Positions 23,401-35,757 of a stretch of DNA of 64,000 bases are shown here, piece after piece. Position numbers and translations under genes: made by a program. The stretch comes from Anaeramoeba ignava BMAN (taxonomy: Eukaryota > Protista > Anaeramoebae), in the NCBI GenBank assembly GCA_028826165.1, contig JAPDFW010000105.1:124001-188000 (forward strand), written 5' to 3'. Within the stretch, counting starts at the first letter, position 1; each line of letters begins with the position of its first letter. Below the pieces are notes generated by a model that had not been told where the DNA came from, made no database searches, and saw nothing but the letters and a program-made list of their open reading frames with translations.

Positions 23401-23990
23401 GACTTTCTAAATGCACAAGCTCAAATTTTGATGAGAAAATTAAATGTAGATTAATTTTTAAAATTAAATCAAATTAAAATTAAAATTAAAATTAAAATTG
23501 TTTTGTTTAAATAGTTATTTTTGCTTTATATGATTCAGATCAAGATGGCTTCATTTCAAGAACAGAATTTTCACAAACAATAGCAGATTTTTTTGAAATA
23601 AATTCTGCTCAGTTTAATAAAAAAATAGATTTTTCTGAGGATATTCAAAATTATGTTGAAAAAACTTTTAATGAAATTTCACCTTTAATGAAAAACATTA
23701 TAAGTAAAAAAAATTCTTTCAAAAAATAATTCCTATTTATTCATTTTTTTTCTTCCTTCTTCTTTTTGAATTTTAAAAGGTTATCACGAATTCAAAACTT
23801 ATTGTAAACAAAATCGAATTTTTGCTTGTTTAGGGTAAAAAAAATTTAAATTAAAATTTGTTCCACTTTTTTATTTTTATTAAAAAAATTTTTATTTTTT
23901 GAATTTATTTTTTAAATTTAAATTTTAATTTAATTTAGTGGCGTTTTTTGGGATATTCGAAAAATTGTTAAAGATAAAAAAATTGATTGA
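20465..23990 (+). CDS. N-acylated EF-hand calcium sensor (calcineurin-B/CBL/NCS-like), ~192 aa, 5 exons
   Basis: Exons 20465-20510, 23209-23445, 23515-23703, 23780-23834, 23939-23990; MGNC N-terminus; EKIKFIFALYDSDQDGFISRTEF EF-hand. Confidence 0.8.
20590..23190. repeat. Intronic (AAATAT/AAATCT)n then (AAAATT/AAAATC)n microsatellite, ~2.6 kb
   Basis: Fills intron 20511-23208. Confidence 0.95.
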
Positions 23991-24078
23991 TTGATTGATT
24001 GATTAATTTTTCTTTTTCTTTTTCTTTTTTCTTTTTTCTTTTGATTAAAAAAAACAATTTGAACAAAAAAAAAAAGAT

Positions 24079-27000
24079 TTATTTTTGAAATTTTTGAAAA
24101 ATATTAAAAGCAAGAAAAATTAATTCATCAGCAGTTTTATCTTGAGGGAAATTTTGTAATAAAGTAATAGCTTGAAAATAATCACTTGGAAGTAAAAGAT
24201 CACGAATTGATCTAAAAAGAAAAGAAAAAGAAAAAATTTTTTTTTAAGTTTTTTTGGATTTTTTTTGATTTGAATTTTAAATAATTTTTAAATTGATTTT
24301 ACATTGGAAGAGCTGCACAAAAATAAAAGAGAAATTCAAATCTATTTTCATCAGCAAATAAAGAATCCCAAATTCTAATTACATCAGGCATTTGGAATAA
24401 TTGGGAACAAAGTAATGAAATCCAATTCATAGAATAAAATTGAGGAAGGATTTGTAAAGAATTCTAATTTTTTTCAAATGATTTTTAAATTGATTTTTAA
24501 ATTAATTTTTCAATGAATTTTTAAATTGATTTTTAAATTAATTTTTAAATTGATTTTTAAATGAATTTTTAAATTGATTTTTAAATTGATTTCTAAATTG
24601 ATTTTTAAATTGATTTTTAAATTGATTTGATACTAAATGTTGCCAAAGTTCAGAATCTTCAATTTTTAAAATATTATCAACAACTTCAACAAGAGCTAAT
24701 ATTCCAACTTCAGTATCATCAACAGATTCACAAAAATGATGATTAATTTCACCCATTAAATTTGTAAAACAAAAAAAAGCATCAGCTTCAGCAAATTCTG
24801 TTAATAAAATTTAATTATAAATATAATTATAAATTTAATTATAAATATAATTATAAATATAATTATAAATTTCTTGATAAATATAATGATAAATTTAATT
24901 ATAAATTTAATTATAAATTTAATTATAAATTTAATTATAAATTTAATTATAAATTTAATTATAAATTTAATTATAAATTTAATTATAAATTTAATTATAA
25001 ATATAATTATAAATTTAATTATAAATTTAATTATAAATTTCTTGATAAATTTAATGATAAATTTATTTTAAATTCCAATTATAAATTTTATTTATAAATA
25101 TAATTATAAATTCCTTGATAAATATAATGATAAATTCCTTGATAAATTTAATTGATAAATTCCTTGATAAATTTAATGATAAATTTAATTATAAATTTAA
25201 TGATAAATTTAAATATAAATTTAATTATAAATATAATTATAAATTTAATTATAAATATAATGATAAATTCCTTGATAAATTTAATTATTAAATTTAATTA
25301 TAAATTTAATTATTAATTTAATTATAAATCTAATTATAAATTTAATGATAAATTTAATGATAAATTTAATTATAAATTCCTTGATAAATTAAATGATAAA
25401 TTTAATTATAAATTTAATTATAAATTTAATTATAAATTTAATGATAAATTTAATTATAAATTTAATTATAAATTTAATTATAAATATATTTATAAATTTT
25501 ATTGATAAATTTTATTTATAAGTTTTATTTATAAATTTTATTTATAAATTTACCATAATTATTATTTTCAAAATCATTCCCAAATAAAAAAAGAAAAGGA
25601 GCAGCAATACTATTCATTCCTTGAACATAACGAATTCCATTATTTAATCTAGCATAAATATACAAAATATTACAAAGATCAACAAGCCTATTTTCACGAT
25701 AATCTTTTGCTTTTGCAACTGGATTTTCATATCTAATAACTCTTCCAATAGGTTTTTCTTTATTTTTATTTTTCTTATTCTTATTTTTAACTTTCTTATT
25801 CTTTTGTTTCTCAATTTTTTGTTCTTTTTGAGTGTTTTTTTTAATTGATGTTTGTATTTCCTTCACTAAAATATTTCTTTCTGAATTTTGTCGAGGATTC
25901 AAATTTAATTGCTTCATTTTTGATGATTTTACTGGTTTTAATGTTTGTGATCTTGGATGTGAAATTTCCTTTTGATATCCTTTACGAATTTTGCGTGCTT
26001 TTTTACTTGAAATTTCATTAATAACTTGATTCACTTTTTCTTTTTTTTCATTATCAATTGTTGAAATATTAAGAATTTCTTTGTTTTTGTCATTTTGATT
26101 TTGATTTTGATTTTTATTTTTATTTTTATTTGAGTTTTTTTTGGTAAATCTTTGAATAAGTTGTTTTGCTCTTTCTCTTGAAATTAAAGATGGCTTTTTA
26201 TTATTTGAATTTGAATTTGAATTTGAATTTGAATTTGAATTTTTAAAGGTTTTAATGGTGGTTTTTTTTGAGGTTGAAAATTATCCAAAGTGATTGTTTT
26301 TTGATTTGGATTTTGGTTTGTTTTATCGATATAATTTTGTTGAACAATTTGATTTAAAGTTTGTTTTTCTTGAGTTTTATTAATTTTTGGATTGTTTGAA
26401 ATTTGAGGGTTATTATTTCTTTTTGGAATAATTGTTGGTGAATCTTCCTCAATGTGAAAAAATGACATTGTTTGTCTTGTTCTTTCTACATCTTTAATAA
26501 TAATAAGTCTTAATTCTTTATCTTTAATTTCAAGTTCGAATTCAGTTTTTTCTTGTCCTTGAAGTTTCTTTTTATATAATAAATTTTATAAATGAATTTT
26601 AATTTTATAAATAAATTTTAATTTGATAAATTAACTTCTAAATTTGCTTTTGAAGAATCAATTTCTTGTTCAAGTTGCCTTTTTAAATCATCTTTTTCTT
26701 TAACTGAATTAAACTGAATAACACCTAAATCTTTTTTAAATTCTTCAAAAACTTGTCTTTTTTGTTGAAGTGTTTCAATCCATAAATTTTTTTCTAAAGG
26801 TAAATAAGAAAAAAGAAGCTATTTTTTATAAAAAATAGATAATAAAAAATTAATCAAAATAACTTTTTAGGAAATTTTTTATAATTAATCATTACTTTCC
26901 AAATTATAGATCTATAACCACTAGAATCAGGAACACCACCTAAAAAAATATTTTAAATTGAAAAATTGTTTGTTTTTTTTTTTTTAATTCATTTCTAATT

Positions 27001-27105
27001 GTTTAATTTACCATAAAAAGTTAATTTTTTTAATGAATCTATATCTATTGAATTTGAATCTAAAATTTGTTTAAATTCATTTACTCTTTTTTGAAGTCTT
27101 GACAT
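24079..27105 (-). CDS. TBC-domain RabGAP, TBC1D13-like (7 exons; one apparent frameshift near 26240)
   Basis: MSRLQKRVNEF...GVPDSSGYRSIIWKLLFSYLP; Arg finger IIKDVERT; Gln finger YVQGMN; EADAFFCF; PQFYSMNWISLL...DVIRIWDSLF. Introns 26940-27011, 26819-26895, 26568-26635, 24798-25553, 24464-24633, 24212-24302. Confidence 0.85.
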
Positions 27106-27187
27106 AAAAAAAAAAATTTTTATTTTTCTTTTAAAATGAAAAGGAAAAAAATGAAATTTCGAAATTCAAAAAAAAAAATATTTTTAT

Positions 27188-29527
27188 TCAATTTTGCTTT
27201 TCTTTTTCAGAATTTTGTGAAGAAAATTGAATTTGAGAAGAAAGTGCAGAATTCATTAAATCGGAAATTTCTTGAGAATTTTGTAAATTTTCTTTTTGAT
27301 TTTCATTTTGATTTTCTTTTTGATTTTCATTTTGATTTTTTAATTTGGAATTTTTTGAGTATTTTTGAAAAATAAATTGAGGATCATTCCAAATTTGTCT
27401 TTCATTAATATCAATAAAACGAGTAGAAGTTTCAATATTAAAAAGGATAAAATGTTCCAAAAAATCTGAATTTTGATTTTGATTTTGATTTAAATTCAAA
27501 TTTTCATTCAAATTTTCATTCAAATTTTCAATTGAATTTCCTTTTAAATTTTCAATTTCAAAACATAATTTTGATAAAGAATTCTTTTCTTTCCAATTTT
27601 TTCTTCTGCAAACGTCCCAACATGAAGCTTCATCCATAAGAAGAGAAAAACCATAACTTGGTAAATTATCCAAATCTCCAATTTGAAAAGGATTTAAAAT
27701 AAAAGAATATAAAGATAAAACACCATTCAAATCAATGAAAAAAAGCTTTAAATTATCAGTAAAATGAGTTGTAATTGGAAAGCAATTTTCACTAATTTCT
27801 TCATTTTCTGTAATATTTTCTATTGATTGAGTTTGTGAAAAAATTCCTTGTCGAACTTTAGATAATGATTTGTAAATTTTGGATCTTTTTTTGGGTTCCA
27901 ATTTTTCCAATTTTGATATCAAATGATAATATTTTGGTAAGTGTGTAAAACTATTAACTGATTCTCCAGTTGAATTAATTGCAAAAATGTGAGATGTTCC
28001 ATGATTTGTTGAAACTGAAACCCATTTGGAATCAACACTGAAACTTGCGTGAAATATTTTTGCTGGTGTAATTCCACGAACTAAAGTGTATAGAAGTTGT
28101 ATTGGTTGAATTATGTTGTTTATTATTCGAAAAATTCGAAAATGTGTTCCAATTATTGAAGATGTAAAAAGCTATTTTAAATTTGAATAAATATAAATAT
28201 TTTTAAATATTTTTAAATTTGAATAAATATAAATATTTTTAAATAATTTAAATTTGAATAAATATAGATATTTTTAAATAATTTTTAATTTGAATAAATA
28301 TAAATATTTTTAAATAATTTTAATTTGAATAAATATTCTTTGATATTTTCCACTAACCAATGATCCAGAATTATCAAAAAATAAACTTGAAATTTGATGT
28401 TTATGTGCTTTAAAATGAACAAGAATTTTATCATTAATAAAATCCTTAATAATAATATTTCCAAATTTTGGAACAGATTCAAAATTTTGAATTAAATCCA
28501 TAAGTTTTTGAATAATTTCTTTTGCAGCATCAATAAAAGAATCTGATAAATTTTCTTGTTGTTCTGGAAAAACTAAAGTAGTTTCATTACTTAATTTTCT
28601 TTCTAAATTTGATTCAATATCCAAAAGTTTATTAAATGGAGGATTTGGTATTTCTTGAGTTGGAAATACAATGAATCGTGAACCAACATCTACAATTGAA
28701 TTAAATGAAACATTATTCATAAACATATATGGATATTTATATTTCGGTTTCATTGTTTTTTGATCAAGTATGTATATTTTATTATGTGTTCCAATAATTA
28801 TATATCCTGTTGTTGTTGTTATTATTCCATCAATTTGTGAATGGAAATTTAATTTTTTGATTTCTTCATTTTTCGTAAGTGAATAAATTATTATTCGATT
28901 TTTGATTGAATTTTCTTCAATTTTTGATGGACTTTTAAATTTTAAATTTTTAATTTTTAATTTTTAATTTTTAATTTTAAATTTTTTAATTTTTTACACA
29001 AAAGCAATTGAAAGATCTTTTAATTCTCCATTTTTAATTGGTTTTTGTGGATGAATAAACTAAAAAACAAACAAAAAAACAAAAATCAAATCCAAAATTA
29101 TTTTAAAATAAATAAAATATAAATAAAATATAAATAAAATATAAATAAAATAAACCTTTAGAATCCTAATTTCAAAACCAGTTCTTTTAGAAAAAATTTC
29201 TTTTGGTTTTAATTGAGAATTTTGGATATTCCAAATTTGGAAACCATTTGAATAACCAATAACAAGAAAATGAATTTTTGTTCGATTTTGATTTTTCAAT
29301 TCAATAAATTCAAATGAAACAAAATTTATTGTTTCTTTTAAAAAACTTTCTTCACTTTCAAATTGTTCTTTTATTTTCTTGTGTACTTTTTTTGGTATAA
29401 ATGACCCAAAATTATGTATTGTATTTGTTAGAAAATCGGGTGTTATTGTGCTTAAAAAACTTTTTTGTGTGTCTTTTGCAATTGGTTTTTGTTTTTTTTT
29501 AGTTTTTTCTTTATCTTTTTGTTGCAT
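27188..29527 (-). CDS. BCAS3/ATG18-like WD40 autophagy-related protein, 4 exons
   Basis: FLVIGYSNGFQIWNI; HFKAHKHQISSLFFDNSGSL-LFTSS; LYTLVRGITPAKIFHASFSVDSKWVSVSTNHGTSHIFAIN; introns 29060-29155, 28932-28997, 28172-28357. Confidence 0.8.
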
Positions 29528-29549
29528 TTTGTTTTTTAAAAAAAAATGA

Positions 29550-31352
29550 AAATAAAAAAATGAAAAATAATTTTTCCGATTTTTATTTATTTAAATAATA
29601 AAAATATTTTAATTTAAATTTAATTCTTTTCTAAATAAATATAAAATATTAATTTTTATGTTTAAATTTATATTTTTATGTTTTGAAAATTAATAAAAAA
29701 TTAATCAAAAAATGAAAAATAATTTTTCCGATTTTTATTAATTTAAATAATAAAAATATTTTAATTTATATTTAATTCTTTTTTAAATAAATATAAAATA
29801 ATAATTTTTATGTTTAAATTTATATTTTTATGTTTTAAAAATTAATAAAAAATTAATCAAAAAATGAAAAATAATTTTTCCGATTTTTATTTATTTAAAT
29901 AATTAAAATATTTTAATTTAAATTTAATTCTTTTCTAAATAAATATAAAATAATAATTTTTATGTTTAAATATATATTTTTATATTTTTAAAATTAATAA
30001 AAATTAATCAAAAATGAAAAATAATTTTTCCGATTTTTATTAATTTAAATAATTAAAATATTTTAATTTATATTTAATTCTTTTTAAATAAATATAAAAT
30101 AATAATTTTTATGTCTAAATTTATATTTTTATGTTTTAAAAATTAATAAAAATTAATCAAAAATGAAAAATAATTTTTCCGATTTTTATTAATTTAAATA
30201 ATTAAAATATTTTTAATTTATATTTAATTCTTTTCAAATAAATATGAAATAATAATTTTTATGTTTAAATTTATATTTTTATGTTTTAAAAATTAATAAA
30301 AATTAATCAAAAATGAAAAATAATTTTTCCGATTTTTATTAATTTAAATAATTAAAATATTTTAATTTAAATTTAATTCTTTTTTAAATAAATATAAAAT
30401 AATAATTTTTATGTTCAAATTTATATTTTTTATGTTTTGAAAATTAATAAAAATTAATCAAAAATGAAAAATAATTTTTCCGATTTTTATTAATTTAAAT
30501 AATAAAAATATTTTAATTTATATTTAATTCTTTTTAAATAAATATGAAATAATAATTTTTTTATGTCTAAATTTATATTTTTATGTTTTGAAAAATTAAT
30601 AAAAATTAATCAAAAATGAAAAATAATTTTTCCGATTTTTATTAATTTAAATAATAAAAATATTTTAATTTAAATTTAATTCTTTTTAAAATAAATATAA
30701 AATAATAATTTTTATGTCTAAATTTATATTTTTATGTTTTAAAAATTAATCAAAAATTAATCAAAAATGAAAAATAATTTTTCCGATTTTTATTTAATTT
30801 AAATAATAAAAATATTTTAATTTAAATTTAATTCTTTTTAAATAAATATAAAATAATAATTTTTATGTCTAAATATATATTTTTATGTTTTAAAAATTAA
30901 TAAAAAATTAATCAAAAAAATGAAAAATAATTTTTCCGATTTTTATTTATTTAAATAATAAAAATATTTTAATTTAAATTTAATTCTTTTTTAAATAAAT
31001 ATAAAATAATAATTTTTATGTTTAAATATATATTTTTATGTTTTAAAAATTAATCAAAAATTAATCAAAAAATGAAAAATAATTTTTCCGATTTTTATTT
31101 ATTTAAATAATTAAAATATTTTAATTTAAATTTAATTCTTTTTTAAATAAATATAAAATAATAATTTTTATGTCTAAATTTATATTTTTATGTTTTAAAA
31201 ATTAATAAAAAATTAATAAAAAAATGAAAAATAATTTTTCCGATTTTTATTTATTTAAATAATAAAAATATTTTAATTTAAATTTAATTCTTTTTTAAAT
31301 AAATATGAAATAATAATTTTTATGTTTAAATATATATTTTTATGTTTTGAAA
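29550..31352. repeat. Tandem array of 12 x ~151-bp units between divergent genes
   Basis: Anchor aaaatgaaaaataatttttccgattttt recurs at ~29560, 29710, 29862, 30012, 30161, 30311, 30462, 30614, 30764, 30918, 31070, 31222. Confidence 0.95.
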
Positions 31353-31426
31353 AAAAATTTTCCCCAAATTCATTTTTTCATTTTTCTATTTTTTAATTTA
31401 TTCATTTTTCTGTTTTAATTTCTTTA

Positions 31427-34400
31427 ATGAAAAGTGTTTTTGTTTGTGGTACAAATTCAAATCATTCTTTACTTTATCATGGTTCACAATCAATAATGAA
31501 AAAAAAACCAATTAAAATTGATAATTTAATTGAAAATTTGTTCTCAAAAGAAAATATTAAATTTATTAATTGTGGATCTTCAATGACAATTTTAACATTA
31601 AATTCAGGAGATTTAATAATATGGGGTTTAGAACAAATTCAAGAAAACGAGAAAAAAGAAAAAGAAAAAGAAAAAGAAAAAGAAAATCATTTAATGTTTT
31701 CAAAAGAAAATATCAAAAAAATATCTAAATCAATTTTCCAAATTCATAAATTTAAAGGAAAAAATATTCAAATGATTTCATGTGGAAGTTTTTCAATTTT
31801 AATTCTTGTGGAAAATAAAGTTTATTTGAGTAATTTATTGCTTCCAAGTCAAAAAAAAATGCAAATTATATTTGAAGAAATTTCATCATTTCAAAAAGAA
31901 AAAATAATTATTAATTCAATTTGTGCAGGAAGTACATTTTATTTTGCAGTTGATGAAAAGTAAATCCAAATCAAAATTTAAAATCAAAATTAAAATCAAA
32001 TTAAAATTAAAATTAAAATTAAAATCAAAATTAAAAATTGAAATCAAAATTAAAATTAAAATTAAAATCAAAATCAAAATTGAAATTAAAATCAAAATTA
32101 AAATTAAAATTAAAATTAAAATTAAAATTAAAAATAAAATTAAAATTAAAATCAAAATCAAAATTAAAATCAAAATCAAAATCAAAATCAAAATTAAAAT
32201 CAAAATATAAAATCAAAATCAAAATCAAAATCAAAATTAAAATTTAAATCAAAATTAAAATTAAAATTAAAATTGAAATCAAAATTAAAATTAAAATTAA
32301 AATTAAAATTAAAATCAAAATTAAAATTAAAATTAAAATTAAAATTAAAATTAAAATTAAAATTAAAATTAAAATCAAAATCAAAATCAAAATTAAAATC
32401 AAAATTAAAATTAAAATTAAAATTAAAATTAAAATTAAAAATATTAAAATTAAAAATCAAAATCAAAATCAAAAATCCAAAATCAAAAAAAATCAAAAAT
32501 TAAAATTAAAATCAAAATTAAAATTAAAATCAAAATCAAAATCAAAATTAAAATTAAATTTAAAATCAAAATCAAAATCAAAATCAAAATTAAAATCAAA
32601 ATATAAAATCAAAATCAAAATCAAAATTAAAATTAAAATTAAAATTAAAATTAAAATTAAAATTTAAATCAAAATCAAAATCAAAATTAAAATCAAAATC
32701 AAAATCAAAATTAAAATTAAAATTAAAATCAAAATTAAAATTAAAAATTGAAATCAAAATTAAAATTATAATCAAAATCAAAATCAAAATTAAAATTAAA
32801 ATTAAAATCAAAATTAAAATTAAAAATTGAAATCAAAATCAAAATTCAAAATTTAAATCAAAATTAAAATTAAAATTAAAATTAAAATTCAAAATCAAAA
32901 TTAAAATCAAAATTAAAAATTGAAATCAAAATTAAAATCAAAATCAAAATTAAAATTAAAATTAAAATTAAAATTAAAATTAAAATTATAATCAAAATTA
33001 AAATTAAAATTAAAATTAAAAATAAAATTAAAATCAAAATTAAAATCAAAATTAAAATCAAAATATAAAATCAAAATCAAAATCAAAATTAAAATTTAAA
33101 TCAAAATTAAAATTAAAATTAAAATTCAAAATTAAAATTAAAAATTGAAATTAAAATTAAAATTAAAATTAAAATCAAAATTAAAATTAAAATCAAAATC
33201 ATTTGTAGAAAAAATCTATATTCTTGGGGTGATAACTCATATGGACAACTTGGTCTTTCAGATACAAAATCAAGAGAAAAACCTGAATTAATTGTTCAAC
33301 TTAATCAATCAATTTCACAAATATCAGCTGGCTCACATCATTTTATTGCATTAACTCCAACAAATAAATTATTTTCTTGCGGTAGAAACAGAAACGGACA
33401 ATTAGGATTAAACGATTTCGATGATAGAAAAACTCCCGAATTAATTCAATTAAACAATCAAATTGGAACATTAATTAAGATTTTTTGTGCAGATGAAACA
33501 ACTTTTCTTTTAAATGAATTTGGAAAAGTTTATATTTGTGGAAAAATGTATAAGGAAACAGAAATTCAACCTCAAAAACAAGCAGAATTTATTGAGTTAA
33601 TCTTCCCAGAGAATGCTATTATCACAAAAATATTTGGAAATGGAGGATATGGAGAAAGTTATAGTTTATTTATTGATTCAAATGGAAAAGGATATGGATT
33701 TGGATCAAACAAATTTGGTGCACTTGGAATTGAATCAAATCAGCCACAAAACAAACCCAAAAGAATAAATCTTCCTGATGATCATTTACTTATTGATTGT
33801 GGATGTGGATGGACACATTCATGTTTTATTACAAATTCAAAAGAAAATCAAAATGTTGTTTATCTTTCTAAAAAAGAAATTAAACAAGAATTAATTGAAG
33901 AGAAAAAAAAGATACGTTCTTTTGGAAATTTCCATGTTCTTCCACCAGAACAAATTATTCCCATTTTAGAATATTTAAATCATCAGCAACTATGTATGAT
34001 ATCAATGGTTTCAGAAGGATTTCATAGCATTTCCAGCCAAAATTGGTTATGGAAACCTATTTTCGATAAATATATTGGATTGGAACTTACTCAAGAAGAA
34101 AAAGAAATTTTTCAAAATCCAGAATTACAAGATTTTGAATGGAAATTTATTTCTGTTCCTCATTTATCTCCTTATGGAAAAGTTATTTATGGTAAAAATG
34201 TTAAAAATCTTGGGTTTGGAAGTGTGAATAAAAAGTTTTTTGGGAAGAAAAGTAAGAAAGTATTAATGTTAGGATTAGATAATTCAGGAAGAACTGTAAT
34301 TCTTTATGGATTAAAAATTGGTGAAGTTGTAACAACAATACCAACAATAGGTTTGAATATTTAATTCAATTTAATATTCAATTTAATATTCGATTCAATT

Positions 34401-35405
34401 TAATATTCAATTTAATATTCGATTCAATTTAATATTCAATTTAATATTCAATTCAATATTTAATTCAATATTTAATTTAATATTTAATTTAATTCAATTC
34501 AATTTAATTCAATTTAATTCAATTTAATTCAATTTAATTCAATTCAATATTTAATTTAATATTTAATTCAATTCAATATTTAATATTTAATTTAATATTT
34601 AATTTAATATTCAATTCAATATTTAATTCAATTCAATATTTAATTTAATATTCAATTCAATTCAATATTTAATTTAATATTTAATTCAATTCAATATTTA
34701 ATATTTAATTTAATATTTAATTTAATATTCAATTCAATATTTAATTCAATTTAATATTCAATTCAATATTTAATCCAATTCAATATTTAATTCAATTCAA
34801 TTCAATATTTAATTCAATTTAATATTCAATTCAATATTTAATTTCAATATTTTATTCAATTTGATTCAATTCAATTTAATTCAATTTAATATTTAATTTG
34901 AATTCAATTCAATATTTAATATTCAATTCAATTCAATATTTAATTTAATATTTAATTCAATATTCAATTAGGTTTTAATGTTGAAACAATAAAGAAAAAA
35001 GGATTTTCTTTTCACTTAAATATTTGGGAAGTTTCAGGAGGATATGCTATTCGTTCTTTATGGAGACATTATTTTAATGAAGTTGATGCATTAGTTTGGG
35101 CTATTGATGTTCATGATCAAAGAATTGAAGAATCAAAAACAGAATTATTAAAACTTTTAAAAGATGAAAATTTAAAAGAAGTTAAATGTGTTTTAATTAT
35201 TTGTACTAAATTAGATATTCCAAATGGTTTGAAAACTGAAGAGATTGTTAAATTACTTGGATTGGATGAATTTGATAAAATTTGGGGTGTTTTTCCAACT
35301 TCTCAACAAAATTTATCCACTTTTTGGAAAGCTTCTTTTAGATGGTTAGTTTGGATTTTGATGTTCATGATCAAAAATCAAGAAAAAGAAAAAGAAAACT
35401 TTTAA
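31427..35405 (+). CDS. RCC1-repeat - F-box - divergent Arf-family GTPase fusion protein (~702 aa, 3 exons)
   Basis: Exons 31427-31959, 33209-34350, 34972-35405 join in frame. [13 protein letters not shown] and [13 protein letters not shown] (RCC1); [13 protein letters not shown]...[16 protein letters not shown] (F-box); [12 protein letters not shown]...VTTIPTIG|FNVETI...[18 protein letters not shown] (Arf). Confidence 0.85.
31960..33208. repeat. Intron filled with (AAAATT/AAAATC)n
   Basis: GT at 31960, AG at 33207-33208; hexamer tract between them. Confidence 0.9.
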
Positions 35406-35757
35406 AAAGAAAATTTAAAAGAAGTTAAATTTAAAATTTAAATCTAAATTAGAAATCAAATGGTTTAAAATGAAGAGATTGTTAAATTACTTTAAAATTA
35501 TAAAATTTGGGGTGTTTTTCAAAAAACAAAAATCCAAAGCTTTTAATGGTTAAAATTAATTAGCTCAAAATCAATAAAAAGAAAAAGAAAAAGAAAAAGA
35601 AAAAGAAAATCTAAATCAAAATCAAAATTAAAATTAAAATCAAAATTAAAATTAAAATTAAAATTAAAATTAAAATTAAAATTAAAATTAAAATTAAAAA
35701 TCAAAATTAAAAATTAAAAATCATTTTTCATTTTTTTCATTTTTTTCTTTTTTAAAA

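Noticed and set aside
29550-31352. CRISPR-like array
   Set aside because: Whole units repeat with no unique spacers; no cas genes; eukaryotic context
21191-33200. ORFs of (YL)n, (IK)n, (FD)n and (IL)n type, including similar ones at 40595-41493, 47186-47847 and 57688-58599
   Set aside because: Translations of intronic or intergenic microsatellites, or antisense to low-complexity coding tracts
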